A stretch of 64,000 nt of DNA from Escherichia coli (GCF_003334405.1 NZ_QOWM01000003.1), one strand, 5' to 3'; positions 1-10,432 are shown, counted from the first letter of the stretch. Program-made: numbers and translations. Notes: a model not told the origin generated them from the sequence alone.

Positions 1-298
1 CCGGAATGAACCAGCCTTCCGGAACCTTAAGGTAAAAGGTTGCCAGCAGCGCAAATACCGCCAGCAGACTGTGGGTAAAACCACGATGCCCAAAAGCGCG
101 GGCGATCGGTTTTGATATCCATTTTAATCGCTGCCCAAGAAACGACTTTGGGTGATCGATGTCCGGTAACAAACACGTTAGGATTGCGGAAGGGACAATA
201 TGCCACCAGTCACCCTGTGCCAGCACGGGCGTCAGCTCGGCATTTTTGGCAAATACCGCACAAGCAATAGAAAAGAGAAGGTGACCTTCCGCCGTCAT
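1..298 (-). CDS. ydjM: Inner-membrane protein YdjM, N-terminal part (gene runs off the left edge of the window)
   Basis: Not in the ORF track because there is no stop inside the window. My own reverse-strand translation from the ATG at 298..296 gives MTAEGHLLFSIACAVFAKN... and stays open to position 1. It matches recalled E. coli YdjM. LexA boxes lie just upstream. Confidence 0.8.
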   Translation of the reverse strand, partial: MTAEGHLLFSIACAVFAKNAELTPVLAQGDWWHIVPSAILTCLLPDIDHPKSFLGQRLKWISKPIARAFGHRGFTHSLLAVFALLATFYLKVPEGWFIP

Positions 299-312
299 GA
301 TAAAACTCACTA

Positions 313-350
313 AACTGTCGATACGTACAGTATAGGATTTTTATACAGTA
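313..350 (-). promoter_or_regulatory. Two tandem LexA (SOS) boxes upstream of ydjM
   Basis: The reverse complement of 313..332 is TACTGTACGTATCGACAGTT, a CTG-N10-CAG SOS box. The reverse complement of 331..350 is TACTGTATAAAAATCCTATA, which keeps the CTG half and has a degenerate second half. ydjM is recalled as a LexA regulon member. Confidence 0.8.
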
Positions 351-420
351 CACGGAAGTGGTGACGGTGTAACTCTTTCTCTTAAATTGACGATTAATCC
401 GTCAGTTGAATGCAATTTCA

Positions 421-457
421 GATAAAGAACCAGGGGCAGCGAGATCACTGCCCCTGG
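421..457 (-). terminator. Intrinsic terminator downstream of hxpB
   Basis: Hairpin ccaggggcag / ctgcccctgg (430..439 pairs with 448..457). On the - strand it is followed by TTCTTTATC. It lies 4 nt after the hxpB stop. Confidence 0.7.
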
Positions 458-460
458 TCA

Positions 461-1129
461 TTAACCGAGAAGGTCTTTTGCGGTGAGTTCTGTCAGCGAT
501 GAGAGTTTGACGTCTGCTAATACAAAACGTGGATCATTTTGCGCTTCTGGCGCAGGAACGACGATGGAACGCATGCGGGCTGCTTTAGAGGCGATCATGC
601 CATTTACCGAATCTTCCAGCGCTACGCAGGTCAGAGGGTCAACGCCCAGTTTTGCTGCGCAGTCGAGATATACTTGCGGATGCGGCTTGCTGTAAGGCAG
701 TTTTTCGGCCGAGGCGAGGGCATCGAAACTGTCGCGTAAGTCAAACATGGTCAACACTTTTTCCAGCATATGTAGTGGTGACGCGGAGGCCAGTCCCACC
801 AATAAACCTTGTTCTTTGCATAACGCAACGGCTTCGCGCACGCCTGGTAATAATGGACGTGTCTCTTCAACCAGTGAAATGGCACGGGCAATAACCCGTT
901 CTACTACTTCCTGACGGCTTGGCCCATTCCACGGTTGCCGGGCGTACCAAAGATCGACCACCATATCGATGCGTAAACCTAAGGTGTCCGGCAGCTCGTT
1001 ACGACGGGAGATATCCACCCCCAGGCTTGCCATCACATCCAGTTCGGCTCGATCCCATAAAGGTTCTGAGTCGATAAGTAATCCATCCATATCAAAAATT
1101 GCAGCAAGAATCTGACGCGGGGTTGACAT
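461..1129 (-). CDS. hxpB: HAD-superfamily sugar-phosphate phosphatase (hexitol / 2-deoxyglucose-6-P phosphatase)
   Basis: ORF track 222 aa. HAD motif I DMDGLLIDSE lies near the N-terminus. Sequence matches recalled YniC/HxpB. Confidence 0.95.
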   Translation of the reverse strand: MSTPRQILAAIFDMDGLLIDSEPLWDRAELDVMASLGVDISRRNELPDTLGLRIDMVVDLWYARQPWNGPSRQEVVERVIARAISLVEETRPLLPGVREAVALCKEQGLLVGLASASPLHMLEKVLTMFDLRDSFDALASAEKLPYSKPHPQVYLDCAAKLGVDPLTCVALEDSVNGMIASKAARMRSIVVPAPEAQNDPRFVLADVKLSSLTELTAKDLLG

Positions 1130-1275
1130 TACAACCTCTCCTTTAGAGCATTATGTGTAAGGTATTAAGCCGTGCTTATGATTAAGCGCCTATCATATCG
1201 CCTTTAAAGAATGGGCGAAAACAGATATCTACAGGTAAACTAAGTGAAACGACGCGTCTTAATCAAGGAGAACTC

Positions 1276-1812
1276 ATGACGTATCAACAAGCTGGACGCA
1301 TTGCTGTTTTGAAAAGGATTTTGGGTTGGGTGATTTTTATACCTGCATTGATCTCTACATTGATTTCTTTGCTGAAATTTATGAATACCCGGCAGGAAAA
1401 CAAGGAAGGCATTAATGCGGTCATGCTCGACTTTACTCATGTCATGATCGATATGATGCAGGCGAATACGCCTTTTTTGAATTTATTCTGGTATAACTCC
1501 CCGACGCCCAATTTTAATGGTGGCGTGAACGTTATGTTCTGGGTGATTTTCATCCTGATTTTTGTCGGACTGGCGTTGCAGGATTCCGGTGCCCGGATGA
1601 GTCGCCAGGCGCGCTTCTTGCGGGAAGGTGTTGAAGATCAACTCATTCTGGAAAAAGCCAAAGGGGAAGAGGGGCTAACGCGTGAACAAATTGAGTCCCG
1701 TATTGTTGTTCCGCACCATACTATTTTCCTGCAGTTTTTCTCACTGTATATCCTGCCGGTTATTTGTATTGCTGCAGGTTATGTGTTCTTTTCTCTGCTT
1801 GGGTTTATTTAA
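1276..1812 (+). CDS. yniB: Membrane protein of unknown function YniB
   Basis: ORF track 178 aa with several hydrophobic segments. GGAG lies 7 nt upstream of the ATG. Matches recalled YniB. Confidence 0.9.
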   Translation: MTYQQAGRIAVLKRILGWVIFIPALISTLISLLKFMNTRQENKEGINAVMLDFTHVMIDMMQANTPFLNLFWYNSPTPNFNGGVNVMFWVIFILIFVGLALQDSGARMSRQARFLREGVEDQLILEKAKGEEGLTREQIESRIVVPHHTIFLQFFSLYILPVICIAAGYVFFSLLGFI

Positions 1813-1835
1813 TCAAAAGGCCGCACGGAGCGGCC
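1811..1835 (-). terminator. Hairpin terminator shared by convergent yniB / yniA (better tail on - strand)
   Basis: ggccg (1819..1823) pairs with cggcc (1831..1835). On the - strand it is followed by TTTTGATT. It overlaps the yniB stop codon. Confidence 0.55.
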
Positions 1836-1852
1836 ATTATCCTCAACCCATA

Positions 1853-2713
1853 TCATGCTGCTAATAATCTATCCAATGACTGCTGAGCAATAACCAAATG
1901 CTGACCGCCAAATAACCTTGCACGATTTAACAGCGTGTAGAGTTGGTAAACCGGTTGACGTTCAAGGAAATCGGCAGGTAGCGGGGATACTGACTGATAG
2001 CCGTCATAGATTTGTGGCGGCTGTTCAGTATGCAGCGGTAACATCGCCAGGTCGCACTCTCGGTCACCCCAGTAGCAGGCCGGGTCGAAAATGTACGGGC
2101 CATCCGGACCCAGTGCACAGTTGCCGGACCATAAATCGCCGTGCAACAGAGAAGGCTGCGGTTGATGTGAGGCCAGACGCTGCTGAATATGCTCGACGAT
2201 GGCGTCGATATTGCCGAAAGCGATCCCTTTTTCTGCAGCCAGTTCCAACTGCCAGCCAATCCGTTGTTCAGCAAAAAACGTTGACCAGCGACGTTGCCAG
2301 GTGTTGGGCTGTGGAGTTGTGGAGAGCGCGTTATCGAAATCAAGGCCAAATTGTGGTTGGTCGCTCCATTGATGTAAACGCGCAATTTGCTGACCAAGAA
2401 TAAATGCGCTATGCGCATCCAGCGGACGAGGTGGGAGATAATCCATCACCAGAAAACTGTAGTCACGGTCAGCGCCAACTGCCCAAACCTTAGGCACGGT
2501 GACGGTTTTACTACGCGACAGTAACTCCAGTTGGTCGGCTTCGGCGGTAAAACCGGGAAGCAGTTCCCTTTCATCACATTTGACGAAAAAATCATGTCCT
2601 GCATAGCGCAAATGCCATGCGGCATGGACTTCTCCGCCAGGCAGTTCATTACGCAGTTCGATTTCGCCTTCACCTAACTGCTCGCTCAAAAGACGACTGA
2701 TTGCCTGCCACAT
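1853..2713 (-). CDS. yniA: Fructosamine/ketosamine-3-kinase family protein
   Basis: ORF track 286 aa. It has the kinase catalytic-loop-like LLHGDLWSGN. Matches recalled YniA. Confidence 0.93.
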   Translation of the reverse strand: MWQAISRLLSEQLGEGEIELRNELPGGEVHAAWHLRYAGHDFFVKCDERELLPGFTAEADQLELLSRSKTVTVPKVWAVGADRDYSFLVMDYLPPRPLDAHSAFILGQQIARLHQWSDQPQFGLDFDNALSTTPQPNTWQRRWSTFFAEQRIGWQLELAAEKGIAFGNIDAIVEHIQQRLASHQPQPSLLHGDLWSGNCALGPDGPYIFDPACYWGDRECDLAMLPLHTEQPPQIYDGYQSVSPLPADFLERQPVYQLYTLLNRARLFGGQHLVIAQQSLDRLLAA

Positions 2714-2818
2714 GATGTCTCTCCCATGTTGTCTGCCAGATCATAAGGTTAGCGCAAGAATGCGGTGTAAAAACACGAGCTAACGCACACCACAGACTGA
2801 TTATTGCCCAAAAACCAT

Positions 2819-3109
2819 TTATTTTCTGTTGCTATTCCATTCCTCCCAGGTCGTGATGGTGATTTCAGGATCTTTGCCGGTTGCACTTTGGGTAAGCCCC
2901 GAAACCAGTTCTCTAATTTCTTCTTCACTTTGGGTACTGATAAGTCCAAAAGTGTTAGTTCCCAGCTCATGGATATTTCCCTCATCATCCGTCATAGTGA
3001 GCAAAAAACCGTCGCGAGTCAGGTAATTATTCAACTCGTTAATTTCAGTCAATGTATCCTCATGCAACATGACGGTTATGACATAACGGACAAGATCGCC
3101 ACTGGCCAT
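2819..3109 (-). CDS. ydiZ: Small acidic protein of unknown function YdiZ
   Basis: ORF track 96 aa (MASGDLVRYVITVMLHEDTL...). Matches recalled YdiZ. Confidence 0.88.
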   Translation of the reverse strand: MASGDLVRYVITVMLHEDTLTEINELNNYLTRDGFLLTMTDDEGNIHELGTNTFGLISTQSEEEIRELVSGLTQSATGKDPEITITTWEEWNSNRK

Positions 3110-3180
3110 AGTTCACCCCTTTGTTATCACATGACTTTTGAGCATAGTCGGAGAAACGCGTTGCCGACAGGTTGGTGATG

Positions 3181-3211
3181 ATTCCCCCAATGCTGGGGGA
3201 ATGTTTTTGTT
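3181..3211 (+). terminator. Strong hairpin plus T-tract oriented on the + strand, between two - strand genes
   Basis: attccccca atgc tgggggaat forms a 9-10 bp stem. It is followed on the + strand by GTTTTTGTT, and on the - strand by CATCACCAACC. See findings. Confidence 0.6.
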
Positions 3212-4139
3212 AGCGGGAAAGGTAAGCGTAAATTTTTTGCGTATCGTCATGGGAGCACAGACGTGTTCCCTGATTGAGTGTGGCTGCACTCCCCGCAGCT
3301 ACGCCAAAACGAACCATCTCTTCAAGAGAGGCATTTTCTGCCAGTTTCAGTGTCATCGCGCCGACCATGCTGTCACCAGCGCCAACGGTACTCTGGCTTT
3401 TCACCGGTGGTGGCACCACCTGAATACAGTTTTCACTATCAACACCCAGCGCTCCTTGTGGACCCAGGGAAACGACAACCCGTTTGGCCTTGCCGCTATT
3501 AACGATTTCCTGCGCGGCTTTGCGGACATCGTCCGGCTGGGTGAGTTCGCGATTCACCAGCGCACTGAGTTCTTTTTGGTTAGGCTTAACCAACTCGATG
3601 TTACCAATTGCCAGTGCTGCACTTAACGCTTCGCCAGAACTGTCGACGATGCAGCGGATCCCTTGTTTTTGCGCAGCGGAAATCAGTTGGGTTAATTTTT
3701 CCAGCTTCACACCTGGCGGCAGGCTTCCGCTTATGACCAGGATGGCCCCGGATTCAATTTCCAGAACTTGCTCTTCAAGCTGGCGAAACTCATCTTCATT
3801 TAATGCCGCGCCTGGCATAACAAAACGATACTGCTCACCGCTTGCTTCCACATGTACGTGTAAATTCTGCCGGGTCCAGTCTTTGGCTTCTACAGTAGCG
3901 ACGGGGACATTTTCATCCGCCAACAGTGAAACCAGGTGTTCGCCGGTCGCGCCACCCGCCGGGAAGATCGCTGTGGCACTGCCTCCAAGATGGGCAATGG
4001 CGCGGGCGACGTTGATGCCGCCGCCCCCGGGTTCGAACACCGGTGCGGTACAGCGCAGTTTTCCTTCGGGATAAATTTGCGGGGTAATTGTTGCGCTATC
4101 GAGAGAGGGCGCAAGTGTCAACGTATAGATACGTACCAT
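3210..4139 (-). CDS. pfkB: 6-phosphofructokinase II (ribokinase/PfkB family)
   Basis: The ORF track gives 310 aa starting MMVRIY, and I call the second Met (309 aa). PfkB-family motifs GGGGINVA and GAGDSMVGAM are present. Confidence 0.95.
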   Translation of the reverse strand: MVRIYTLTLAPSLDSATITPQIYPEGKLRCTAPVFEPGGGGINVARAIAHLGGSATAIFPAGGATGEHLVSLLADENVPVATVEAKDWTRQNLHVHVEASGEQYRFVMPGAALNEDEFRQLEEQVLEIESGAILVISGSLPPGVKLEKLTQLISAAQKQGIRCIVDSSGEALSAALAIGNIELVKPNQKELSALVNRELTQPDDVRKAAQEIVNSGKAKRVVVSLGPQGALGVDSENCIQVVPPPVKSQSTVGAGDSMVGAMTLKLAENASLEEMVRFGVAAGSAATLNQGTRLCSHDDTQKIYAYLSR

Positions 4140-4425
4140 CATTTCCTCCTATAGGCTGATTTCAGTCTGGCACCGAATCAGCGGAAAGTGAAGAAATTAA
4201 CAATATGATTTATTGGAGCTTTATTTAAAATTTTGCAGATAAATATATATAAATAAAAATCTGTTTTCGCCACATGCTTATTCAAAAAATGAAATAAGAA
4301 TACATTGCTAAGTTATTCGCGCCTTTTTATAATTCGTTACCTTTCCAGGGACGCTAATCTTTGATCCTTAAGAAAGTTTCCGGGACCGCGATGGTCTCTT
4401 TTTTTGTTGTACGGACTCTTGATAA

Positions 4426-5184
4426 ATGAAGCTTTTGAAGACAGTTCCTGCCATCGTTATGTTGGCGGGGGGCATGTTTGCGTCACTGAATGCAGCTGCC
4501 GATGATTCCGTTTTTACTGTCATGGATGATCCTGCCAGCGCTAAAAAACCTTTCGAAGGTAATCTGAACGCAGGATATCTTGCACAATCAGGCAATACGA
4601 AAAGCTCCTCACTTACGGCTGACACCACCATGACCTGGTATGGACACACCACTGCCTGGTCGCTGTGGGGGAACGCCAGTAATACTTCTTCTAATGATGA
4701 GCGTTCTTCAGAAAAATATGCGGCGGGCGGGCGTAGCCGTTTTAATTTAACTGATTATGACTATTTATTTGGTCAGGCAAGCTGGCTGACAGACCGTTAT
4801 AACGGCTATCGAGAGCGCGATGTGTTGACCGCGGGTTATGGGCGTCAGTTTTTGAATGGCCCGGTACACAGTTTCCGCTTTGAATTCGGTCCAGGTGTGC
4901 GTTACGACAAATATACCGACAATGCCAGTGAAACCCAGCCGCTGGGCTATGCCTCCGGGGCTTATGCATGGCAGTTGACTGACAACGCTAAATTTACGCA
5001 GGGTGTTTCGGTCTTTGGCGCGGAAGACACAACGCTGAACTCCGAAAGCGCATTAAATGTTGCTATTAATGAACATTTTGGACTGAAGGTGGCTTACAAC
5101 GTCACATGGAACTCTGAACCTCCAGAGTCTGCACCGGAACATACCGACCGTCGGACAACCTTATCGCTGGGCTACAGCATGTAA
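4426..5184 (+). CDS. ydiY: Outer-membrane beta-barrel-like protein YdiY (DUF481 family)
   Basis: ORF track 252 aa. The N-terminal signal peptide is MKLLKTVPAIVMLAGGMFASLNAAA. The body is rich in aromatic and Gly residues. Confidence 0.92.
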   Translation: MKLLKTVPAIVMLAGGMFASLNAAADDSVFTVMDDPASAKKPFEGNLNAGYLAQSGNTKSSSLTADTTMTWYGHTTAWSLWGNASNTSSNDERSSEKYAAGGRSRFNLTDYDYLFGQASWLTDRYNGYRERDVLTAGYGRQFLNGPVHSFRFEFGPGVRYDKYTDNASETQPLGYASGAYAWQLTDNAKFTQGVSVFGAEDTTLNSESALNVAINEHFGLKVAYNVTWNSEPPESAPEHTDRRTTLSLGYSM

Positions 5185-5192
5185 AATTATCT

Positions 5193-5230
5193 GCCGGACC
5201 GTGTTATGCGGTCTGGCTGTCTTCGTTTGT
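5193..5230 (+). terminator. Intrinsic terminator after ydiY
   Basis: A 9-bp stem gccggaccg / cggtctggc (5193..5201 pairs with 5209..5217) is followed by TGTCTTCGTTTGT. Confidence 0.7.
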
Positions 5231-5236
5231 CACTGC

Positions 5237-5344
5237 TCAGCCCCAAATCATTGCTGCCCAACGTAGCAACAACATAGCGCCACAGATTGCCAGTAGCACC
5301 ACCACCATCTTCCAGTGTTTTTTATCAAAGCGTTTAGTCGGCAT
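5237..5344 (-). CDS. yniD: 35-aa single-TM small protein YniD
   Basis: This is the C-terminal 35 codons of the 72-aa track ORF: MPTKRFDKKHWKMVVVLLAICGAMLLLRWAAMIWG. AGGA lies 7 nt upstream of this ATG. Matches recalled YniD. Confidence 0.8.
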   Translation of the reverse strand: MPTKRFDKKHWKMVVVLLAICGAMLLLRWAAMIWG

Positions 5345-5515
5345 ACCAGTGTCCTGCATATCTCTTGTGCGTGATAACGGAGTGTAACAAAAGGGACAGG
5401 CATCAAGGGATTTTTTGTTATTACAGCCGTCGGGTGGCGTTGTGCACATGGTCACTGTTTCTGCGTTTTATGAAAAAAATAAAATTATGTATCGATATAT
5501 ATCGTAAATAGCTGG

Positions 5516-7415
5516 TTATAAATACGTCTTTATTTCATCAGCACTAAAACTCAGGCTTTGGCTGATTGCATTAATAGCAGCATAATATGTTTCTACAGTT
5601 TTATAATGCTTATGATGAATGGCTATATGAACAGCTGACATGTTGTCATGATTTTTAGCGGCCAATAGTGTAAATAACTGATGTTGACTAAAAGAATGTT
5701 TTTTTGCAAAAGCACCCAGCGTCGATATATAAGATAACACGACGTCTTCATTACCCTTGCTCATGGCGATGTATAATGCAGGGGTTCCCTGTGCTGTAGC
5801 TCCTTTTAATAAATCCATGATGTTAGCTTTGCTCAACTTGTATTTAAAGGCGATGCCATTAATTTTAGAGAGGAACCGTGTGACACACAAAGGGTGATTA
5901 TTTTCCATTGCGGCGTATAATCCTGGCTCACCATCATGTATTTTCATGGCTAAAATACTCATCACCAGTTTTTTGTTTAAAAGCTCTTGTGCTATTGGAG
6001 TGGTTAATGCATTCAGAAAGATATCGATTATTTCATCGAATCCATACAACATGGAGATATAAAGTCCAGGTGTTTCGTTAGCACTTTTAGTTTGCAGTAA
6101 TTTAACCAGATTATCTTCATGAATGATGTGATTATCTACCAGTGACTGAATTTCTTGCATAAATATTTTCACGTTGTCAGTATGTCCGTTCATCATAGCC
6201 AAAAATAAAGCAGGTGTACCAACGCTATTCTGCGCAGTTATTATTTCAATGATTTCTTTTTCAGGGAGTATGGGCAACTGTTTGAATAATGTAATAAGCT
6301 GTTGAGTCTGGCCTGTAGCCATTATTAACAACATTGCCGATGGATGTATAGGGGCAAATGGCATTCGTGATGCAATACCCGCGAAAATAGCCCCTGGAAC
6401 TCCCACAGGTAATAGGGGCAGAATAGCAATTGCACAGTTGCGAACATATCTATCAGCCCAGGTCTGAGCATCGGGACCTGAACTGATGAACTTATCAAGC
6501 GAAAGAAAGCCCCGTGCTGTCCTGTGGGTGTCTCTGACGGCAACGTTGGTATCGTTCGGGTCGTAAACGGACACAACATAATTTAATTGTCCATACACTG
6601 ACTGCTTTATTCGTAGCCTTACTGACAAAGTATGATTGTCTATATATAAAATCGCGGACATATGACTGACATTGTTTGCCATCATTCGACAAAAGAAAAT
6701 ATCTAAAGCGAAGCCAAAATCCTTACTCGCGATAACGCGACTCCCTGCAGGAGGATGGCGAAGTAATGCTCTGAACTCCGCGTCCCGGACTAAGGGAACA
6801 TGCTGCTGTATGGATTCAACGGAGGAGTAATGTTTAATCAGGTTGACTTTGCCTTTTCCATTTCTCAATGAATCAAGGGCGTATTGCAATGACAGATGGC
6901 GACAAAAAATAGCGTCAGAAGGAGATTGCAAAAAACATGCACTACCATTGAGATTTACTGTTGGGTGTATAGTTTTTTTCTCTATGGATTTTTTTAGACA
7001 GTTTCATACAATGGTTACGATCTTCAGCAGTTAACTCTTCCTGTTCAATATAATCCAGTATGCTTCGCAAATGGTTAGCTTTAATAGGCGTGGTTTCCAG
7101 TAATAAGGAAATGATTTCTTTTTTATAGTGTAATGTAATGAGTATATTTTCTGTATGGATGGGTGAAGTGGCAAAGTTAATGGTAAAAAGGGCAGTGGAA
7201 TAACAATTTTGTGATATTTTTCGACAGTTTGCGGTAAATTCCTGAGTAACACAGTATGACAGCATCGAACTTAAGTCAGAGGTATCAAGTAGGGTGATGA
7301 GCTGGCGCGCAAATTGATTAATAGGCTCTGATGAAGGTGTTGGTATGTCGCTATCGATGTGCAATCTATGAGGAGACTTATAATGAGTTCTGATAATGAT
7401 ATCGTTTTGACTCAT
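5516..7415 (-). pseudogene. arpB: Ankyrin-repeat protein gene arpB, disrupted by a frameshift
   Basis: Two adjacent - strand ORFs, 6942..7415 (157 aa) and 5516..6931 (471 aa), lie in different frames and are separated by TAG. The C-terminal part carries repeated ANK-like motifs: TPALFLAMMNGHTDNV, TPGLYISMLYGFDEII, EPGLYAAMENNHPLCV, TPALYIAMSKGNEDVV. The DNA is AT-rich. Confidence 0.85.
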
Positions 7416-7819
7416 AATCTGTTCGCCTTATATATATCTGGAGGTTTTGAGGATGATGATTAATTATTATCGCCAGAACGAAATGTGCACGAAAAATTGT
7501 TATAAGAATTGTGTCACTTTTATCATTGTGATATGACCACTTCGTCATTAATCTCATGAGCGTTTAAAATACTACCGCCAAATCACGCAACGAACTTTGC
7601 TGGATTCAGTTTATGCTGCTGTAAATCCGCTCGCAGTAAACCTTTCAGACGCACCGTGATGTTATCAGTTGTTCTTTAAGCGTTTTGCTGGTGTACTCAC
7701 TACAAACGAATTGCGAATCGAATCAATGTGAAACGGAAAGGTACAATCTCCCTTTTTTTAGTGTTAACATCGCTCAACCGGGTGGAAGGTGAGAGGTTAA
7801 TGTCTTTCATTTGTGTACC

Positions 7820-7938
7820 TGATTGCGAACCAATTTAGCATTTGTTGGCTAGATGGTTTCGCAATGAACTGTTAATAAACAAATTTTTCTTTGTATGTGA
7901 TCTTTCGTGTGGGTCACCACTGCAAATAAGGATATAAA
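7820..7938 (+). promoter_or_regulatory. thrS translational operator (tRNA-Thr anticodon-arm mimics)
   Basis: Hairpin gtgatc...ggtcac (7897..7917) has a 7-nt loop UUCGUGU that presents CGU in the anticodon position, just upstream of the SD and ATG. A second long stem, ttgcgaacca / tggtttcgcaa (7823..7864), has a UGU-containing loop. This matches the classical ThrRS autoregulation model. Confidence 0.75.
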
Positions 7939-9867
7939 ATGCCTGTTATAACTCTTCCTGATGGCAGCCAACGCCATTACGATCACGCTGTAAGCCCCAT
8001 GGATGTTGCGCTGGACATTGGTCCAGGTCTGGCGAAAGCCTGTATCGCAGGGCGCGTTAATGGCGAACTGGTTGATGCTTGCGATCTGATTGAAAACGAC
8101 GCACAACTGTCGATCATTACCGCCAAAGACGAAGAAGGTCTGGAGATCATTCGTCACTCCTGTGCGCACCTGTTAGGGCACGCGATTAAACAACTTTGGC
8201 CGCATACCAAAATGGCAATCGGCCCGGTTATTGACAACGGTTTTTATTACGACGTTGATCTTGACCGCACGTTAACCCAGGAAGATGTCGAAGCACTCGA
8301 GAAGCGGATGCATGAGCTTGCTGAGAAAAACTACGACGTCATTAAGAAGAAAGTCAGCTGGCACGAAGCGCGTGAAACTTTCGCCAACCGTGGGGAGAGC
8401 TACAAAGTCTCCATTCTTGACGAAAACATCGCCCATGATGACAAGCCAGGTCTGTACTTCCATGAAGAATATGTCGATATGTGCCGCGGTCCGCACGTAC
8501 CGAACATGCGTTTCTGCCATCATTTCAAACTAATGAAAACGGCAGGGGCTTACTGGCGTGGCGACAGCAACAACAAAATGTTGCAACGTATTTACGGTAC
8601 GGCGTGGGCAGACAAAAAAGCACTTAACGCTTACCTGCAGCGCCTGGAAGAAGCCGCGAAACGCGACCACCGTAAAATCGGTAAACAGCTCGACCTGTAC
8701 CATATGCAGGAAGAAGCGCCGGGTATGGTATTCTGGCACAACGACGGCTGGACCATCTTCCGTGAACTGGAAGTGTTTGTTCGTTCTAAACTGAAAGAGT
8801 ACCAGTATCAGGAAGTTAAAGGTCCGTTCATGATGGACCGTGTCCTGTGGGAAAAAACCGGTCACTGGGACAACTACAAAGATGCAATGTTCACCACATC
8901 TTCTGAGAACCGTGAATACTGCATTAAGCCGATGAACTGCCCGGGTCACGTACAAATTTTCAACCAGGGGCTGAAGTCTTATCGCGATCTGCCGCTGCGT
9001 ATGGCCGAGTTTGGTAGCTGCCACCGTAACGAGCCGTCAGGTTCGCTGCATGGCCTGATGCGCGTGCGTGGATTTACCCAGGATGACGCGCATATCTTCT
9101 GTACTGAAGAACAAATTCGCGATGAAGTTAACGGATGTATCCGTTTAGTCTATGATATGTACAGCACTTTTGGCTTCGAGAAGATCGTCGTCAAACTCTC
9201 CACTCGTCCTGAAAAACGTATTGGCAGCGACGAAATGTGGGATCGTGCTGAGGCGGACCTGGCGGTTGCGCTGGAAGAAAACAACATCCCGTTTGAATAT
9301 CAACTGGGTGAAGGCGCTTTCTACGGTCCGAAAATTGAATTTACCCTGTATGACTGCCTCGATCGTGCATGGCAGTGCGGTACAGTACAGCTGGACTTCT
9401 CTTTGCCGTCTCGTCTGAGCGCTTCTTATGTAGGCGAAGACAATGAACGTAAAGTACCGGTAATGATTCACCGCGCAATTCTGGGGTCGATGGAACGTTT
9501 CATCGGTATCCTGACCGAAGAGTTCGCTGGTTTCTTCCCGACCTGGCTTGCGCCGGTTCAGGTTGTTATCATGAATATTACCGATTCACAGTCTGAATAC
9601 GTTAACGAATTGACGCAAAAACTATCAAATGCGGGCATTCGTGTTAAAGCAGACTTGAGAAATGAGAAGATTGGCTTTAAAATCCGCGAGCACACTTTGC
9701 GTCGCGTCCCATATATGCTGGTCTGTGGTGATAAAGAGGTGGAATCAGGCAAAGTTGCCGTTCGCACCCGCCGTGGTAAAGACCTGGGAAGCATGGACGT
9801 AAATGAAGTGATCGAGAAGCTGCAACAAGAGATTCGCAGCCGCAGTCTTAAACAATTGGAGGAATAA
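7939..9867 (+). CDS. thrS: Threonyl-tRNA synthetase
   Basis: ORF track 642 aa ([18 protein letters not shown]...). Class II aaRS. Confidence 0.98.
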
Positions 9868-10413
<546 letters not shown>

Positions 10414-10432
10414 GGCCTTCAAGTAGCACTGT

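Noticed and set aside
2804-3178. 124-aa + strand ORF antisense to ydiZ that ends 3 nt before the + strand terminator hairpin
   Set aside because: The placement beside the wrong-way terminator is tempting. However, the peptide looks random, ydiZ on the other strand has the protein-like sequence, and no SD precedes the ATG. I kept only the terminator as a finding.
5345-5455. Cys-rich N-terminal extension (MTMCTTPPDGCNNKKSLDACPFCYTPLS...) that would turn YniD into a 72-aa zinc-ribbon-like membrane protein
   Set aside because: The extension starts at a GTG with no SD-like sequence upstream. The internal ATG at 5344 has AGGA at the ideal spacing and gives the 35-aa protein I recall. It cannot be excluded without ribosome profiling.
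7570-7690. Higher-GC patch between arpB and thrS whose - strand reads ...RTTDNITVRLKGLLRADLQQHKLNPAKFVA*, which looks like the C-terminal end of a lost gene
   Set aside because: Only about 30 codons are open before an upstream TAA. I cannot assign the peptide to any family from memory, and there is no start codon or SD. It may be a gene remnant, but I cannot support that here.
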